Shown piece by piece: positions 1 through 11,500 of a stretch of 29,929 bases of DNA. The notes under the pieces were generated by a model. That model did no database searches and had not been told where the DNA came from. It saw only the letters and a program-made list of their open reading frames with translations. The translations under genes and the position numbers were made by a program. Within the stretch, counting starts at the first letter, position 1. The number at the start of each line of letters is the position of its first letter. The DNA is from a virus. Its lineage: Duplodnaviria; Caudoviricetes. The stretch lies in the IMG/VR virus record IMGVR_UViG_3300017911_000323, positions 1-29,929 of that record; one strand, 5' to 3'.

Positions 1-246
1 AACTTGTGCTCTAGTTATACTTGCACCATCTTTTTCTACATTATCTCTTTTATCTACAGTAGATTGTGGTCTTTCATCTGTATATCCAAGTGTTTGTTTG
101 TAGTACTCGTACTCAGACATATTATTTTTATCACCTTCTCTTTGATAAAATTGTACTTGAGCTACTTCACCATTAGGACCGTAAACAGTTACTTGTTCAC
201 CTGCTGGTCCTGCTGCTTCTGGATTTATAAAAGGTCTTGTTGCCAT
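1..246 (-). CDS. Partial (runs off window) putative virion protein, starts MATRPFINPEAAG
   Basis: ATG at 246-244 overlaps the upstream stop (TAATG); frame open for 82 codons to the window edge; not in ORF track. Confidence 0.75.
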   Translation of the reverse strand, partial: MATRPFINPEAAGPAGEQVTVYGPNGEVAQVQFYQREGDKNNMSEYEYYKQTLGYTDERPQSTVDKRDNVEKDGASITRAQV

Positions 247-1610
247 TATCTAATTACCACTCCTCCTAAAGATTTCTGCAAGCTAGTTGCTAATCTTCTA
301 TTAAAAAATTCATTACCTGTATCGTATGCATGTTGCATATAAGCTTTGCTAGCATCTGTTACAGATTTACCAATTTGTTCTAACCACACAGCATCTTCTT
401 CATCTGGTGCTTCACCAAATGCTTTTGTCCAAGGTGTTACATACTTAGCTTTAATACTTGCAAAGTCTAAGTTCTTACCTTCATACTCTGGATAGTATTC
501 TGCAAACATATCTTTTAACATTTGCTTTGCAGCATCAGGACTGTCATTGTACATAAGAATTATTTCATTCTTTTTAGATTCACTTAAGCTATTGTAGTTA
601 GCTAAACCAATTGTATTTATAGCTAGTGTTTCAGCTTTTAAAGAGTTAGCATAAACTGTACTTGTTAATGAAAACTGTGCATCTTTTACATTTTTTGATA
701 CAGCACTAAATAAATTAGTTATAGCTTGGTCATCTGGCTTTTCATATCCTTCTACACCAAGTACAAACCCTACAAATTCTGTCATAAGCGTAGGAGATAT
801 ATCACCTTTAACTAATGTATCTAATAATTGTTTATAGAACAATTTGTTTTCTTTTTCAAATAAGTCATCGTCAAATCCTAAATCTTTTAATGACTGATTA
901 AATAATCCTTCTACTTTGCCTACATGGTCAACATATTTTTGATTTAAAACTTTTTCACCATTAACTATCATTTCAAATGGATTATCAGAATTTAGATTTG
1001 CAGTTCTAGAATTTAAATAATCTAATTTTAGTGATGATACATTAGCACCAATACCTGCATTTTGTAAATCTACTGGAGTTACAGATAACCCTTGACCTAG
1101 TCTTGAAAATAATAACTCTAAACCTGGATACTCTCCATCTACTTTATCAAAAAAGAAACTATAATTAATAAGTAAATCTTTATAACCGTCATTGATTAAT
1201 TCATGCAAATCAACAGTATCTTCTAATGGGTCTATACCTCTTGAAGGGTCAGCTTGTCCTAATGTAAATAATTGAAAGCTACCACCATCAATAACAACAC
1301 CTTCTGGTTTACTTCCTATTCTTGGTCCTGTTCTTTGTTTACCTGCACCATCTGTACCCCAGTTACCTTTGTATTGTGAAATACTTACTGTAGGTGCAGC
1401 ATAAGAAACAAATGTAGGGTCTCCACCAAAGAGTGGTGATAAGTCATATACAAAATATAAAACTCCATTCTCAACATATGCACCATCAGCTACAAGTTTA
1501 TTAGAACCAGCCCAGTTAGGTGTACCAATAGAAGCTGCTTCTGCTGCAGCTTGTTCTTCTTTCTGTTTATCTAGTTCAGATTGTAATCCAGGGTCTATAT
1601 CATTTTCCAT
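246..1610 (-). CDS. Hypothetical acidic protein, probable internal virion protein (454 aa)
   Basis: Long ORF in late operon, GGAGG RBS, overlaps both neighbours. Confidence 0.75.
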   Translation of the reverse strand: MENDIDPGLQSELDKQKEEQAAAEAASIGTPNWAGSNKLVADGAYVENGVLYFVYDLSPLFGGDPTFVSYAAPTVSISQYKGNWGTDGAGKQRTGPRIGSKPEGVVIDGGSFQLFTLGQADPSRGIDPLEDTVDLHELINDGYKDLLINYSFFFDKVDGEYPGLELLFSRLGQGLSVTPVDLQNAGIGANVSSLKLDYLNSRTANLNSDNPFEMIVNGEKVLNQKYVDHVGKVEGLFNQSLKDLGFDDDLFEKENKLFYKQLLDTLVKGDISPTLMTEFVGFVLGVEGYEKPDDQAITNLFSAVSKNVKDAQFSLTSTVYANSLKAETLAINTIGLANYNSLSESKKNEIILMYNDSPDAAKQMLKDMFAEYYPEYEGKNLDFASIKAKYVTPWTKAFGEAPDEEDAVWLEQIGKSVTDASKAYMQHAYDTGNEFFNRRLATSLQKSLGGVVIR

Positions 1611-3090
1611 TATTACCTCCTAGCATACCATACATACTTGAAAAATTAGCTGTGTAATTTTGATTGATATCTTTTGTATTAACACCGTACATATTAAAAT
1701 CTCTTTGTTCATCAGGCAATGCATCTATAACTTTATTTGTAGCTATCGCAGTAGGACTAATCTTTTCTATGGCTTGTATATTCTCTATTACTTTTTGTCC
1801 ATATGTTTTATCATCTTTAGGTGTATCTTTTAGTGATGGAAATATCAATGGCATTAATGGTTCTAATGCAGGTCCACCTATAGCACCGCCAAGTAAAGCT
1901 AACTCATATACATCTAGTAAGTTAATACCATCACCTAAAATACCTATTAATCTATTTTTAATAGCTCTAGTTACTGCACCTTTACCACCAGGTAATGCTT
2001 CAAAACTTTCTCTTTTCATATTTGCTGCAGCATCTGCTAATGCATTATCAATCATCTCTGCTTGTGTTGGTGTAATTTTTTTGACATCAGGTGTAGCCTC
2101 TTCTACTTCTTCCATAAGTTTTTTTAATTGTGCTTCTCTAAAGTCAACTACATTATCTTCTACATTTGCATCAGAAACAAAATCTAAATCTCTTAATTTC
2201 ATTTCATCAAGCAAACCTGGTAGTTCATTTTTAAAATTTTTATTTAAATCAGCTATTGCATCATCTATTCTATTTAACTGTTCTAATGACAATTTTTCAT
2301 CAGGTATAACAACTATATCTTTATATTTTTCATCAAGACCATAAGTTCTATCATTAACTCTTTCTACAAGTAATTTTTTATCTTCAGTAGATAAATCTTT
2401 TGCATATTCACCAAGAATGTCGTACATATTTAAAATTAATTGTGCAAATTTTTTACTTCTTATTTCATTAGCTACACTACCTTTTATTATTTTCATTCGT
2501 GAATATTCAGTTGTACCTTTTAAATCATCAAATATTTTTGGTATTTCTGCTTCATAATTATTAAGACCAGTAAATTCTTCTATAGGTACATTTGTATTAG
2601 AAGTTAAACCTGGACTTTTTTCAGTAATAGAACCATCAGGGTTTAATGTTATATCTGGTTCGTCTAAAGGATTCTGTTCTACTATTTCATCAAATACTTT
2701 GTTGTAATAATCTGCTTGAGGTATTTCATTTCTTGGTGTAATTGTCATTCCGTTCCTAATATCACTTGGTAGGTCTGTCATATTTGATACATCAAATTGA
2801 TTTAATAAAGCTAGGTCTGATTGTAAATCAATAACGCTGACATTAAATTTCTTTTTAATTTGTTTATCTAATGCTGTTATTTTATCTCCTAATTCCAAAC
2901 CTTCTTTTTGTAGTTGTTGTAAAACATAATCCATATTTTGACCTTGGTATTGGTCTAAGGTAAGGAGTTCAAGTTCATCCATAGCCATTATTCTGTAAAC
3001 TTCTTTTAGTCTTTTACCTAAATCTATTCTTTCAGGAAAATCTTTATTTATACTATTTAATAACTGTTCAATTCTTTCTTTATCTGTCAT
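1600..3090 (-). CDS. Hypothetical acidic protein, probable virion protein (496 aa)
   Basis: Long ORF, AAGGA RBS, position between lysozyme and other virion genes. Confidence 0.7.
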   Translation of the reverse strand: MTDKERIEQLLNSINKDFPERIDLGKRLKEVYRIMAMDELELLTLDQYQGQNMDYVLQQLQKEGLELGDKITALDKQIKKKFNVSVIDLQSDLALLNQFDVSNMTDLPSDIRNGMTITPRNEIPQADYYNKVFDEIVEQNPLDEPDITLNPDGSITEKSPGLTSNTNVPIEEFTGLNNYEAEIPKIFDDLKGTTEYSRMKIIKGSVANEIRSKKFAQLILNMYDILGEYAKDLSTEDKKLLVERVNDRTYGLDEKYKDIVVIPDEKLSLEQLNRIDDAIADLNKNFKNELPGLLDEMKLRDLDFVSDANVEDNVVDFREAQLKKLMEEVEEATPDVKKITPTQAEMIDNALADAAANMKRESFEALPGGKGAVTRAIKNRLIGILGDGINLLDVYELALLGGAIGGPALEPLMPLIFPSLKDTPKDDKTYGQKVIENIQAIEKISPTAIATNKVIDALPDEQRDFNMYGVNTKDINQNYTANFSSMYGMLGGNNGK

Positions 3091-3838
3091 AAACTTCCTT
3101 TGTAAAATCAGCTTGTCTATCCATAGCTTTATTTATATCAAACAGTTCTCTTACCTTTCCGAATATATTTGTAAACATACTTTGTTCTGGTTTAGTTTCT
3201 GGTTGAGGAGCTTTATATATTTCAGGAAAAGGACTTGTAACACCATACAATTTTTGTAAAACATCTGACCATATTTCAGCAGTAGCATCTTCTGATACAA
3301 GTTCTCTACCTACTAATCTATATCTTTTTGTTTCTTTTTCTTGTACAGGTTCTGTATCTTCAGGTTCTGTATCTTCAGGTTCTACTACTGTAGATAAACT
3401 ATTTTGATATGCAGCTTCTTTATCTAATCTATTTATGTACCAATCTTCTGCTGTACCTTTTTCTTCTTCATAAGCATTTATCTGAGATTGTTTAATTATT
3501 TCTGGGTTACCTGTCTTTATAGCTTCCATAGTTTTTCTAAGTACCCATGGTCTATTAAAAAATATAAGAGTCATATACTCTTTTGTACCAGCATCAACTT
3601 CTATGTTTGCATTCTTTAAATGATTACCTACATGAAAAAAAGCTTGGTCTATATCTTTCTGTAATATATCTAGTGCTTGTTCTCTAGTTACAGTTGTATC
3701 TTCATCAAAGTCAAATGTTTCAGTAGCACGAGTATGACCAAAGCCTATAGTCAATACACCATTTCTGTCATAGTAAGCTGTACTACTAAATCCTTCTAAG
3801 TCTTCTATGTGTTCTATTAAGTCTTCTGTTAATTCCAC
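3080..3838 (-). CDS. GH24 (phage lysozyme) domain protein, probably virion-associated
   Basis: IEDLEGFSSTAYYD-RNGVLTIGFGHT matches the E-x8-D-x5-T catalytic motif; likely GTG start at 3838 just after upstream stop, AGAGG RBS. Confidence 0.85.
   Translation of the reverse strand: MELTEDLIEHIEDLEGFSSTAYYDRNGVLTIGFGHTRATETFDFDEDTTVTREQALDILQKDIDQAFFHVGNHLKNANIEVDAGTKEYMTLIFFNRPWVLRKTMEAIKTGNPEIIKQSQINAYEEEKGTAEDWYINRLDKEAAYQNSLSTVVEPEDTEPEDTEPVQEKETKRYRLVGRELVSEDATAEIWSDVLQKLYGVTSPFPEIYKAPQPETKPEQSMFTNIFGKVRELFDINKAMDRQADFTKEVYDR
3346..3383. repeat. 15-bp in-frame tandem repeat (about 2.5 copies) encoding an EPEDT linker
   Basis: caggttctgtatctt x2 + caggttct. Confidence 0.9.
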
Positions 3839-3839
3839 A

Positions 3840-5558
3840 CTAACCTCTTGAGGTGTAGCTGCTAAGAGCACCAATGGTATTAAGTAAACTAATAAGCGTT
3901 GTTTGCATTGCTTTCTGTTGGTCTTCACCTGTTATCGCCTCCCCATATTGTTCACGCACATAATTCTGCATTGCATTTGGTAATGCTGTTTGCAAATCTA
4001 TTTGTTGTTCAAGAGATGGCAATTCAAAGTCTGTAGTTCCTTGTAAGAAGTTTTGATATCTAGTTTCTTCTCCAGCTAACTGTGTTTGAATATTTCTATT
4101 TCTTATTTCAAAGTTTTTCTTTTGTAAGTCATAAGATACTTGATTGTAATAATCAACAAAAGAGTTTAACTCTTCACTTGATACAGGTCTTCCTAATCCT
4201 CTTTCTAATGCATACTGTATGTCAGCTTGTGCATTGATTAAGTTAGGAGATTGATATTGAAATAATTCTTTATATCCTTGTGAATATCCTACAGTTGAAT
4301 GTGGTTCAAACTTACCTGTTCCATAACCATAATCTTCTAATGTATCTTTAAAAAACTCTTTGACAAATGTTAACAAGTTAGAGCTAGTTGCACCAGGTGC
4401 TAAAAGTATAGAGTATAAATCTTCTTTTGATATTGTATCTGCATTTAAATTAAACCTAGACATAGCAGAGTTAAGTGCTGCTAATGTTCCACCATCAGGT
4501 TGATTAAAATCTATTACACCATATGCAAATGAATATGGATTTAAAAATCCAGCTTCAACTAATAAGTTTTGTACTTCAGCTATTTCTTCTGGACTAGCAC
4601 TAGCAAATAGTAGTCTATCCATACCTGTTTCATATAATGGTACTAAGTTACCTTGTTCTTTATTACTGTATATTTCTTGGTCATATTCTTCTATACCAAT
4701 AAAACCAAACTGTGATGGGTCTGCAATTCTACCTGCTAACCAAGGGTCAAACATTTCTTGTGGTATGTATGCACCAGGATTTTCAACTATAGATATAAAT
4801 TCATTAGGCGATACTTCTCCTGTAGAAATAATTATATTATCCATTCCATCTAAATACTCTGCTGAAGTTATCTTACCTTCTTCTAATTGTGTAATTAAAT
4901 CTGTTGCTGTTCTGTTATCTAGTTGCTGAGCAGCAGCAGTTTTAATCTGTGCATCATATTGATTTTTAGTTAAGAAAGATTTGTATGCTAAGTCTGCTTC
5001 TGATGAATACTCTGATGTTATAGCTGCACCAATTACTGCATCATCAATATGCTTGAAACCTTCTGGTAATTCACCATTTTTAGAATACACATTCTTAAGA
5101 ACTGTTGCATCTTCTGTTATCTTATCTGCAAGTTCAACTACTAATTCATCTTGATACTGAAACATATCGTAGCTTTGTAATATCATATCCTGTGTATTAG
5201 GTGGTAAGTCAGCAAATACTTTACCTGTTTGTGCTTCCCAAACTAATATAAAGTCAGCCATAGATACTGGATTTACATCTGCAAATGGTGTATCTCCTGG
5301 GTCTCCACTTTGAAATAAAGCAACAACCATATCTACTACTTGGTCTAATGCTGGACCAAATATGTCAGCACCAAATATTCTAAGTAAGTTTCTTACCTTG
5401 TCTTTATTTACCTTTTTAGGTTTTCTGTTTGCAGGATTATATCCTGGTGATGTTTCATAACCTTCTGCCCAGTTAATAAGACTTGGTAAGTTCTCATATC
5501 TTTCTTTAGCTAGTTCATCTAGAACCGCTTGCTCTTCTGGACTTAGTTCTTCAATCAT
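3840..5558 (-). CDS. Putative internal virion protein with possible peptidoglycan-binding-like helical segment (572 aa)
   Basis: Long acidic ORF; SPEEIAEVQNLLVEAGFL...YGVID...TLAAL resembles PG-binding domains. Confidence 0.65.
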   Translation of the reverse strand: MIEELSPEEQAVLDELAKERYENLPSLINWAEGYETSPGYNPANRKPKKVNKDKVRNLLRIFGADIFGPALDQVVDMVVALFQSGDPGDTPFADVNPVSMADFILVWEAQTGKVFADLPPNTQDMILQSYDMFQYQDELVVELADKITEDATVLKNVYSKNGELPEGFKHIDDAVIGAAITSEYSSEADLAYKSFLTKNQYDAQIKTAAAQQLDNRTATDLITQLEEGKITSAEYLDGMDNIIISTGEVSPNEFISIVENPGAYIPQEMFDPWLAGRIADPSQFGFIGIEEYDQEIYSNKEQGNLVPLYETGMDRLLFASASPEEIAEVQNLLVEAGFLNPYSFAYGVIDFNQPDGGTLAALNSAMSRFNLNADTISKEDLYSILLAPGATSSNLLTFVKEFFKDTLEDYGYGTGKFEPHSTVGYSQGYKELFQYQSPNLINAQADIQYALERGLGRPVSSEELNSFVDYYNQVSYDLQKKNFEIRNRNIQTQLAGEETRYQNFLQGTTDFELPSLEQQIDLQTALPNAMQNYVREQYGEAITGEDQQKAMQTTLISLLNTIGALSSYTSRG

Positions 5559-8500
5559 TAAAAGTATCCTGTTCCTAGACTCTGCTCTTCTGCTTCAAGT
5601 CTAAATAAATCATAGTAAACATAGTAAAAGTCAGGATACTTAGTCATAAGCTGGCTAGCAGTATTTCTAAGTATCTTTCTTGCTTCACTAGCTTCTGCTC
5701 TACTAATACTAGCATTTGCACCGTATCTTTGCCTGATTCCTTCTAATAAGAACTGTCTAGTTATTATGTATTGCATAGCACCTTGTATTGCAGGTAAATC
5801 TTTAACAAATGTTTTACTACCATCAGGCATTGTTATTTCTGTATCTTGTTCTGTATTTACAAAGTTTATAAACAATTCAATCTTTGAATTTGTATCTAAT
5901 GATGGTGCAACTGTAGATGTTTGTCCATATCCAGGGAATTGTTTTTGTAACTGTAATCTAAACAAATACAATTGTTCAAACTTTTTATTTAATGGAACTC
6001 TAGTAAACATAGGTCCATCCATAAGCATTCTTCTAAAGTTTTCATATGCTAATGAACCTTGTGCCTGTCTAACAGCTTGTTTATATTGTTCATCAGTTAA
6101 ATCTATTCTATCTCCAGCAGTAAATGCATCTGCCCATGCTTGATAATCAAACTCATCTAATGGAGAATCAGGGAACATATAGTATGCAACATCAGGATGT
6201 TTGTCCATAATCTCTTTATTTTGTTTGTAAAAGTATCCACCTTCTACTGTATATGATGAAGGTCTTATTCTCTTTGACTTAGATGTAAGTAATGCTGTAG
6301 GGTCAAATCCAAACATCTTTATAAACTTACCAGTAGCTTGTATTCTATCTCCTTGGAACTCTGCTAAGAACTGATAGTAAGCATCTGACAATACTGTTTC
6401 TGCAAAGTAATGATGATTAGGGTCTTCATCTTTTATCTTTGTTGGGTCTAAAAACTTACTACCTTCAGGACCAATATTGTATTCGTATTTAGTTACTGGA
6501 CCTGTAGGTGCAATAGCTTGTACAATACCTCTGATTAATAACATTTGACTTGCAGTTTTTCTAGCTCTTTGTAATGACTCTTGTTCTGCAGCAGGAGAAC
6601 TATCATCGTATATTCCTGTAGTCATCATAGCTCTAAGAACACTCTTAACTTCGTTTGCGTATTGTCTATCTAAGTCTTTATCTAAAGAACCACCAGCAGC
6701 TAATATCTTTTTGTACCAGTTAGGTAATGCAGAGTTAACATAAAATCTAGGGTCATACCAATCACCTTCAGGTCTTCCATATGGAAAGAACACATCATCT
6801 ATTGTTTGCCTACTAGGTAACACTGCACTAGCAGGAAGTGAAGCCAAAGGACCAAGACCAGGAACTACTGAACCAGCTACCATGTTTAGTCCACTAGCAT
6901 AACCTTTCATCTTAGCTTTGACAGATGGTGTACCTATGTCAGGTCTCCCAGTTATAGGATTAATTGCTACATCTGATTCATCTGGATTATTTAACATTCT
7001 GTCAACATTAAATCCAAAATCAAAACCTGCCATGTTATACATCTCTTGACCTGTCTGTTCATCTGTAGTAAAGAAACCTTCATCTTCTTCTGTACCAAAT
7101 ACACTAGGCTTTCTAAAAGCTTCTACTGTTCTTTGTAGTTTTCTACCGAATAATGTCTTTTGTGTTTTAAGTAACTTAGTCCATGTACCAGCTATCTCTA
7201 AATAAACTTCTGCGAATGGAAATATTAATCTTAACTGGTCAGCAATTACATGCCTTTTGTTTAGGTCATATAGTAAACCTTTTGTTTCTTGCAATGCATA
7301 TGACTTAGCTAAATCATCTATAGCTCTTAAATCATCTACAGTAATAGCTTTTGTTACATCTGCTTTACCCATAGTTTCTAAATTCTTAATAAACTTACTA
7401 GCTTTAGAACCTGGCAGACTTCTACCCATTACATCTTTAGCTTGTTCTAATATCTTAGCTCTAGCAACATCATCCATATTTGCATATGCACCTTCAATAA
7501 ATCTCCAGTAGAACTGTCTAAATGCTGATGACCTTGATAATTCATTAGTAGGAACACCCATAAGAGTTGCATAGAATGTTTCTATTATCTGGTCAGCTCT
7601 AGCAGCGTAATCTCTGTCTGCTTCAAACCTAGATGCTTTTACTTTAAAACTATCTCCTACAGCATCTGACTTATAGTTATTTAACCAACTTGAATACTTT
7701 CTAAATTCACTTCTTGACATCTTTCTATTGAAAGGTATCTTTTCATACTCTTTACTTTTACTATTAAATATTTCTACAAACTGGTCTGCATCATCTTTGT
7801 AACCAGTAGCAATATGTCTAAGCAACTCATGGTCACCAGTCTTTTCTATTTCATATCTAATTACATTGTTAGGATTTGTAGGTCTAGGTGTTTCTAAATC
7901 TAATGGTATTTTCTTTCCATTAACAACTTCAAAAGCCCTATACTTACCACCTGTCTTTAAATGAACTCTAGCTACTATTGATTCAATATAGCTATCAGAC
8001 CATTTTTTATCTTCCATAATAAGTTTCTTTAATTGCTTAGCATCATCATCACTATTAGCAACTAATGCTTTTCTCCATTGTGACAAGTCACCAGACCAAA
8101 AGTCTTCTTTAATTTTATTGATACTATTTACAAAAGCTTCACTTGTAGGTTCACCAACAATAGTTGCATCAGCAATTCTAGAAGCTAACTCATCACTATG
8201 TAACTGTATAATTTCTGATGACCAAGCGTTATAAAATCCACCTTCACCTTTACCAACAGTCTTAAATCCTCTAGCCCTTCTAGGGTCAAGACCAAACAAT
8301 ATACCAGAGTGAGATTGTGAAGCAGCTTGTTGCCACTCAACAGATATCTCTAATGATTCATCAAGTATATCTTTTTCTCCTCTACCTAAATTCCATGTAT
8401 CTGCTAAGTAGTCATCTCTTAATGCTTCTCTCTCTTTTTGTAAGAACTGTCTGTTTCTTTGTGGTTTTCTACCTATAACCCAAGATAAAGCAGATAGTGG

Positions 8501-11500
8501 ATGTGCAAATACATTATCTAAGTCTGCAGCCCACATTCTCATTTGTTCTTCACCAACAACTCTTAGTACCCAAGCTGGTCTAATTAGTACAGATGGTTTC
8601 CATAATCTCTGCATATAACCATCAGCTATCTGTGTAAGTAAACCTTCTGATATTTGATTAATACCATCTTCATCAACATTCATTTTTATTTTTGTTCTTG
8701 CACTTTTAATCCATAACTTTACATTCTCTTGAATTGTTCTATCTTCTTTTAATGCAAGTTCAGCTAAGTCAGATATAGGTTTAGCAAGTAACTTATCAAA
8801 ATCTTCTTGTGGTAATGAACCTTTGCCTCTTAGTCTTAGTCCTAGTTCTCTCATAGGTCTAAATACTCTTAGGAACAATCTTGCATCTGGCATAGGAATA
8901 AAACCATCATTGTAATATTCAGATATCAAATGAGCTGTAGGTCTAGCTTTAGATACTTGACCTTCTTCTATTTTATCTACAAAGTTTATATTCTTTAATT
9001 CATCAATTAATTCATCTAGCATTCCACGAATTTCACCTTCATTAATAACTAAGTCACCTAAGTCATCTGTGCTATCTAAGTAATCTTCTAATGTTCTAGA
9101 TAAATTACCTACTGTGTTTGTTAGATTATCTGTTGATTCAGTTTGAAATATTATGTTATCCATAAGTGTTTTAAGTTGTACTGATTCATCTGCTGTTAAA
9201 CCACTAGAACCTACAACACCTAAATCATTTATTTTATTAGTTTTAATAAACTGTTGTATCTCTCTTATTTCATCTGCAGTATATGCTTTATTTGGATTAA
9301 CCACTATATGTGGTATGTTTCCTTGATATAGTCCAGGAGATAAATCTACTTGTTTACCAATAAGACCTTTTTTATTTAAAATGTTTGTCAAAGCTTCTGC
9401 TTGGTTTACTCTTCCTGGTTTACTAAATGAATCTACTAATTTAAATCCTTTATTCATTTTATTAGCAAGGTTTTGTATTAAGTCTGGATTTTCTGCTGCC
9501 CACATTGACCATAGCTTTTCATATTCAATTTTACTTTTATACAATCCTTGACCATATAAAATACTATCTCTTGCTGGTGGTTTATTTTTTCCAGATTTTT
9601 TAATTGTATTTTGCCATACATCTTCTATGGTTCTACCTGCATATGGACCTGATTTAAACTCAGCAAACAAAGCAGAAAACTGTTGTCCTAATGTATCTCC
9701 TCTACTTGATACTTCAAATGGTAAAGAATCTTCTAAATCATCCCACTTACCATTTTCTAAAAAGTTTTTACTAGACTTTAATCCTTTGCCAGGTTTATCA
9801 GCATCAGACAATATAACTAATACACCATCAGAGTTAGATAAGTTATCAGCAGCAGCTTTTCTAAAATCATCTGCAGTTGGTTCTATTGAACCCCAATCTT
9901 TAGTTAACTCATCATATTTAGGTTTTTTAGCATTTACGCTTTGTAGTTCTTTAAATTTAGGAATATTGTTTTCTAAAAAGGCAACTTGGTCTTGTACTTG
10001 TTTTTGTATTCTATTTAGGTTTTCATCTAAATTAGCTATAGCTTGGTCTAGTGTTACGGCAGTTTGTCTTCCTCTACCTCTGGCTATTTCTTCTGATATT
10101 TCATCAATAACTTTTTCACCTGTAACTTCATCAATGTATGCTTCTCTAGTTACAGTCTTTAATTCAAATGCTTCTTTAGTTACAGGGTTATCTAATTCTA
10201 TTTTTTTATTTGCTTGTAACCATGCAACTGCTTCATCTTCTTTAACAATCTCTGATAATGTTTGTAGATTATCTCCATCTCTTTGTTGATATAAAGGAAC
10301 TTGTATTTCTGTTCCATTATCTAAAATAACTGTTTTCTTTTGATTAGTTTTTACATAACCTTTTGATTCAGCTATTCGTAATCTAGCAAAACCTATATTG
10401 GCTTTAGTAGGAGAGTACTTAGCAATAATTCCATCTTTTTGTGTTTGCAATGATTCTCTTGCAGCATTTAATCTAGAAGCAGCTTTTTCTGATTCCTCTA
10501 GTTGACTCATGGCTAATTTTACTTTGCCTTGTTTTTGTCTAGGTAATTTATTTAATTCATCCTGTAACTCAACTTTAACTTTATCTGATAGGGTTCCCCA
10601 ATCATATTCCATTCGTGCAATATCGGAATTAAGATTGTCTGATAGTCCAAGCTGTAACATTCGTTGTCTGTTTGAGTCGTATCTTCCTTCTATGTTTAAA
10701 GGCTTATACTCTATTTGGTACATAGGGAAACCTTTATCTAAACCTTTTTCGTACATTCTTTTTTGGAATGCATTCTCTGTCCAACCTTCTTTAGAAATAA
10801 TATCTTCTAGCAATACTCTTCTTTGTGGATTAGTAAATAAATCTTTAGGTAGCTTTCTTATCTTTGTTACTTCTACTGCAACTTCTCTACCTTTATTGTC
10901 AGTAAATAATATACGTTGACCTCTAAATGGTAATGAAAACTCTTCACCTTTTTGCTTACCAAATCCAACAGCCCAAGCACCTTCACTTCTAGTTGTAGAA
11001 GTTCTTTTACCATCAAGTATTAAATCCATAGTTGTAGTATTTAATCCATATATATTTTCATCAGGTAACATTTCAAAGTTCATACCGTGCCTACTCATAT
11101 TGGTAGTATCTATAGCACCAGCAGCTACTTTACCTGTATAACCATATGGAACTCTACCAGCAGTACCAATACCTAATTCCTCTGCAATATCTAATGCTGC
11201 TTGTTCTGCACCTGTGTAATATCCTGAGTTTATTCTTTGTACAAGCTGTCTAGCTTCTGGTTCTGTAATATTGTTAGCAGCTTCTTGTATTCTTCTTAAT
11301 ACATCATCTACTTCAGAACTATCTACTTTTTTATTTTTTCTAAACTTTGAAATAATTCTTTCAGTTAACAATCTTGTTTCATCTGGTGACAATGCTTCAG
11401 CAACAAGTTCTCTAGTTTCTTTTGGTATAATCTCATACTTAGAACCTACAAACCATTCAAGTTCACCTAGCTCATTAACAAAGTACATTCTTGTTTGGTC

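Noticed and set aside
3839-3928. Signal peptide/SAR-like N-terminus on the lysozyme
   Set aside because: Lies inside the upstream gene; GTG 3838 with RBS is more parsimonious, though not excluded
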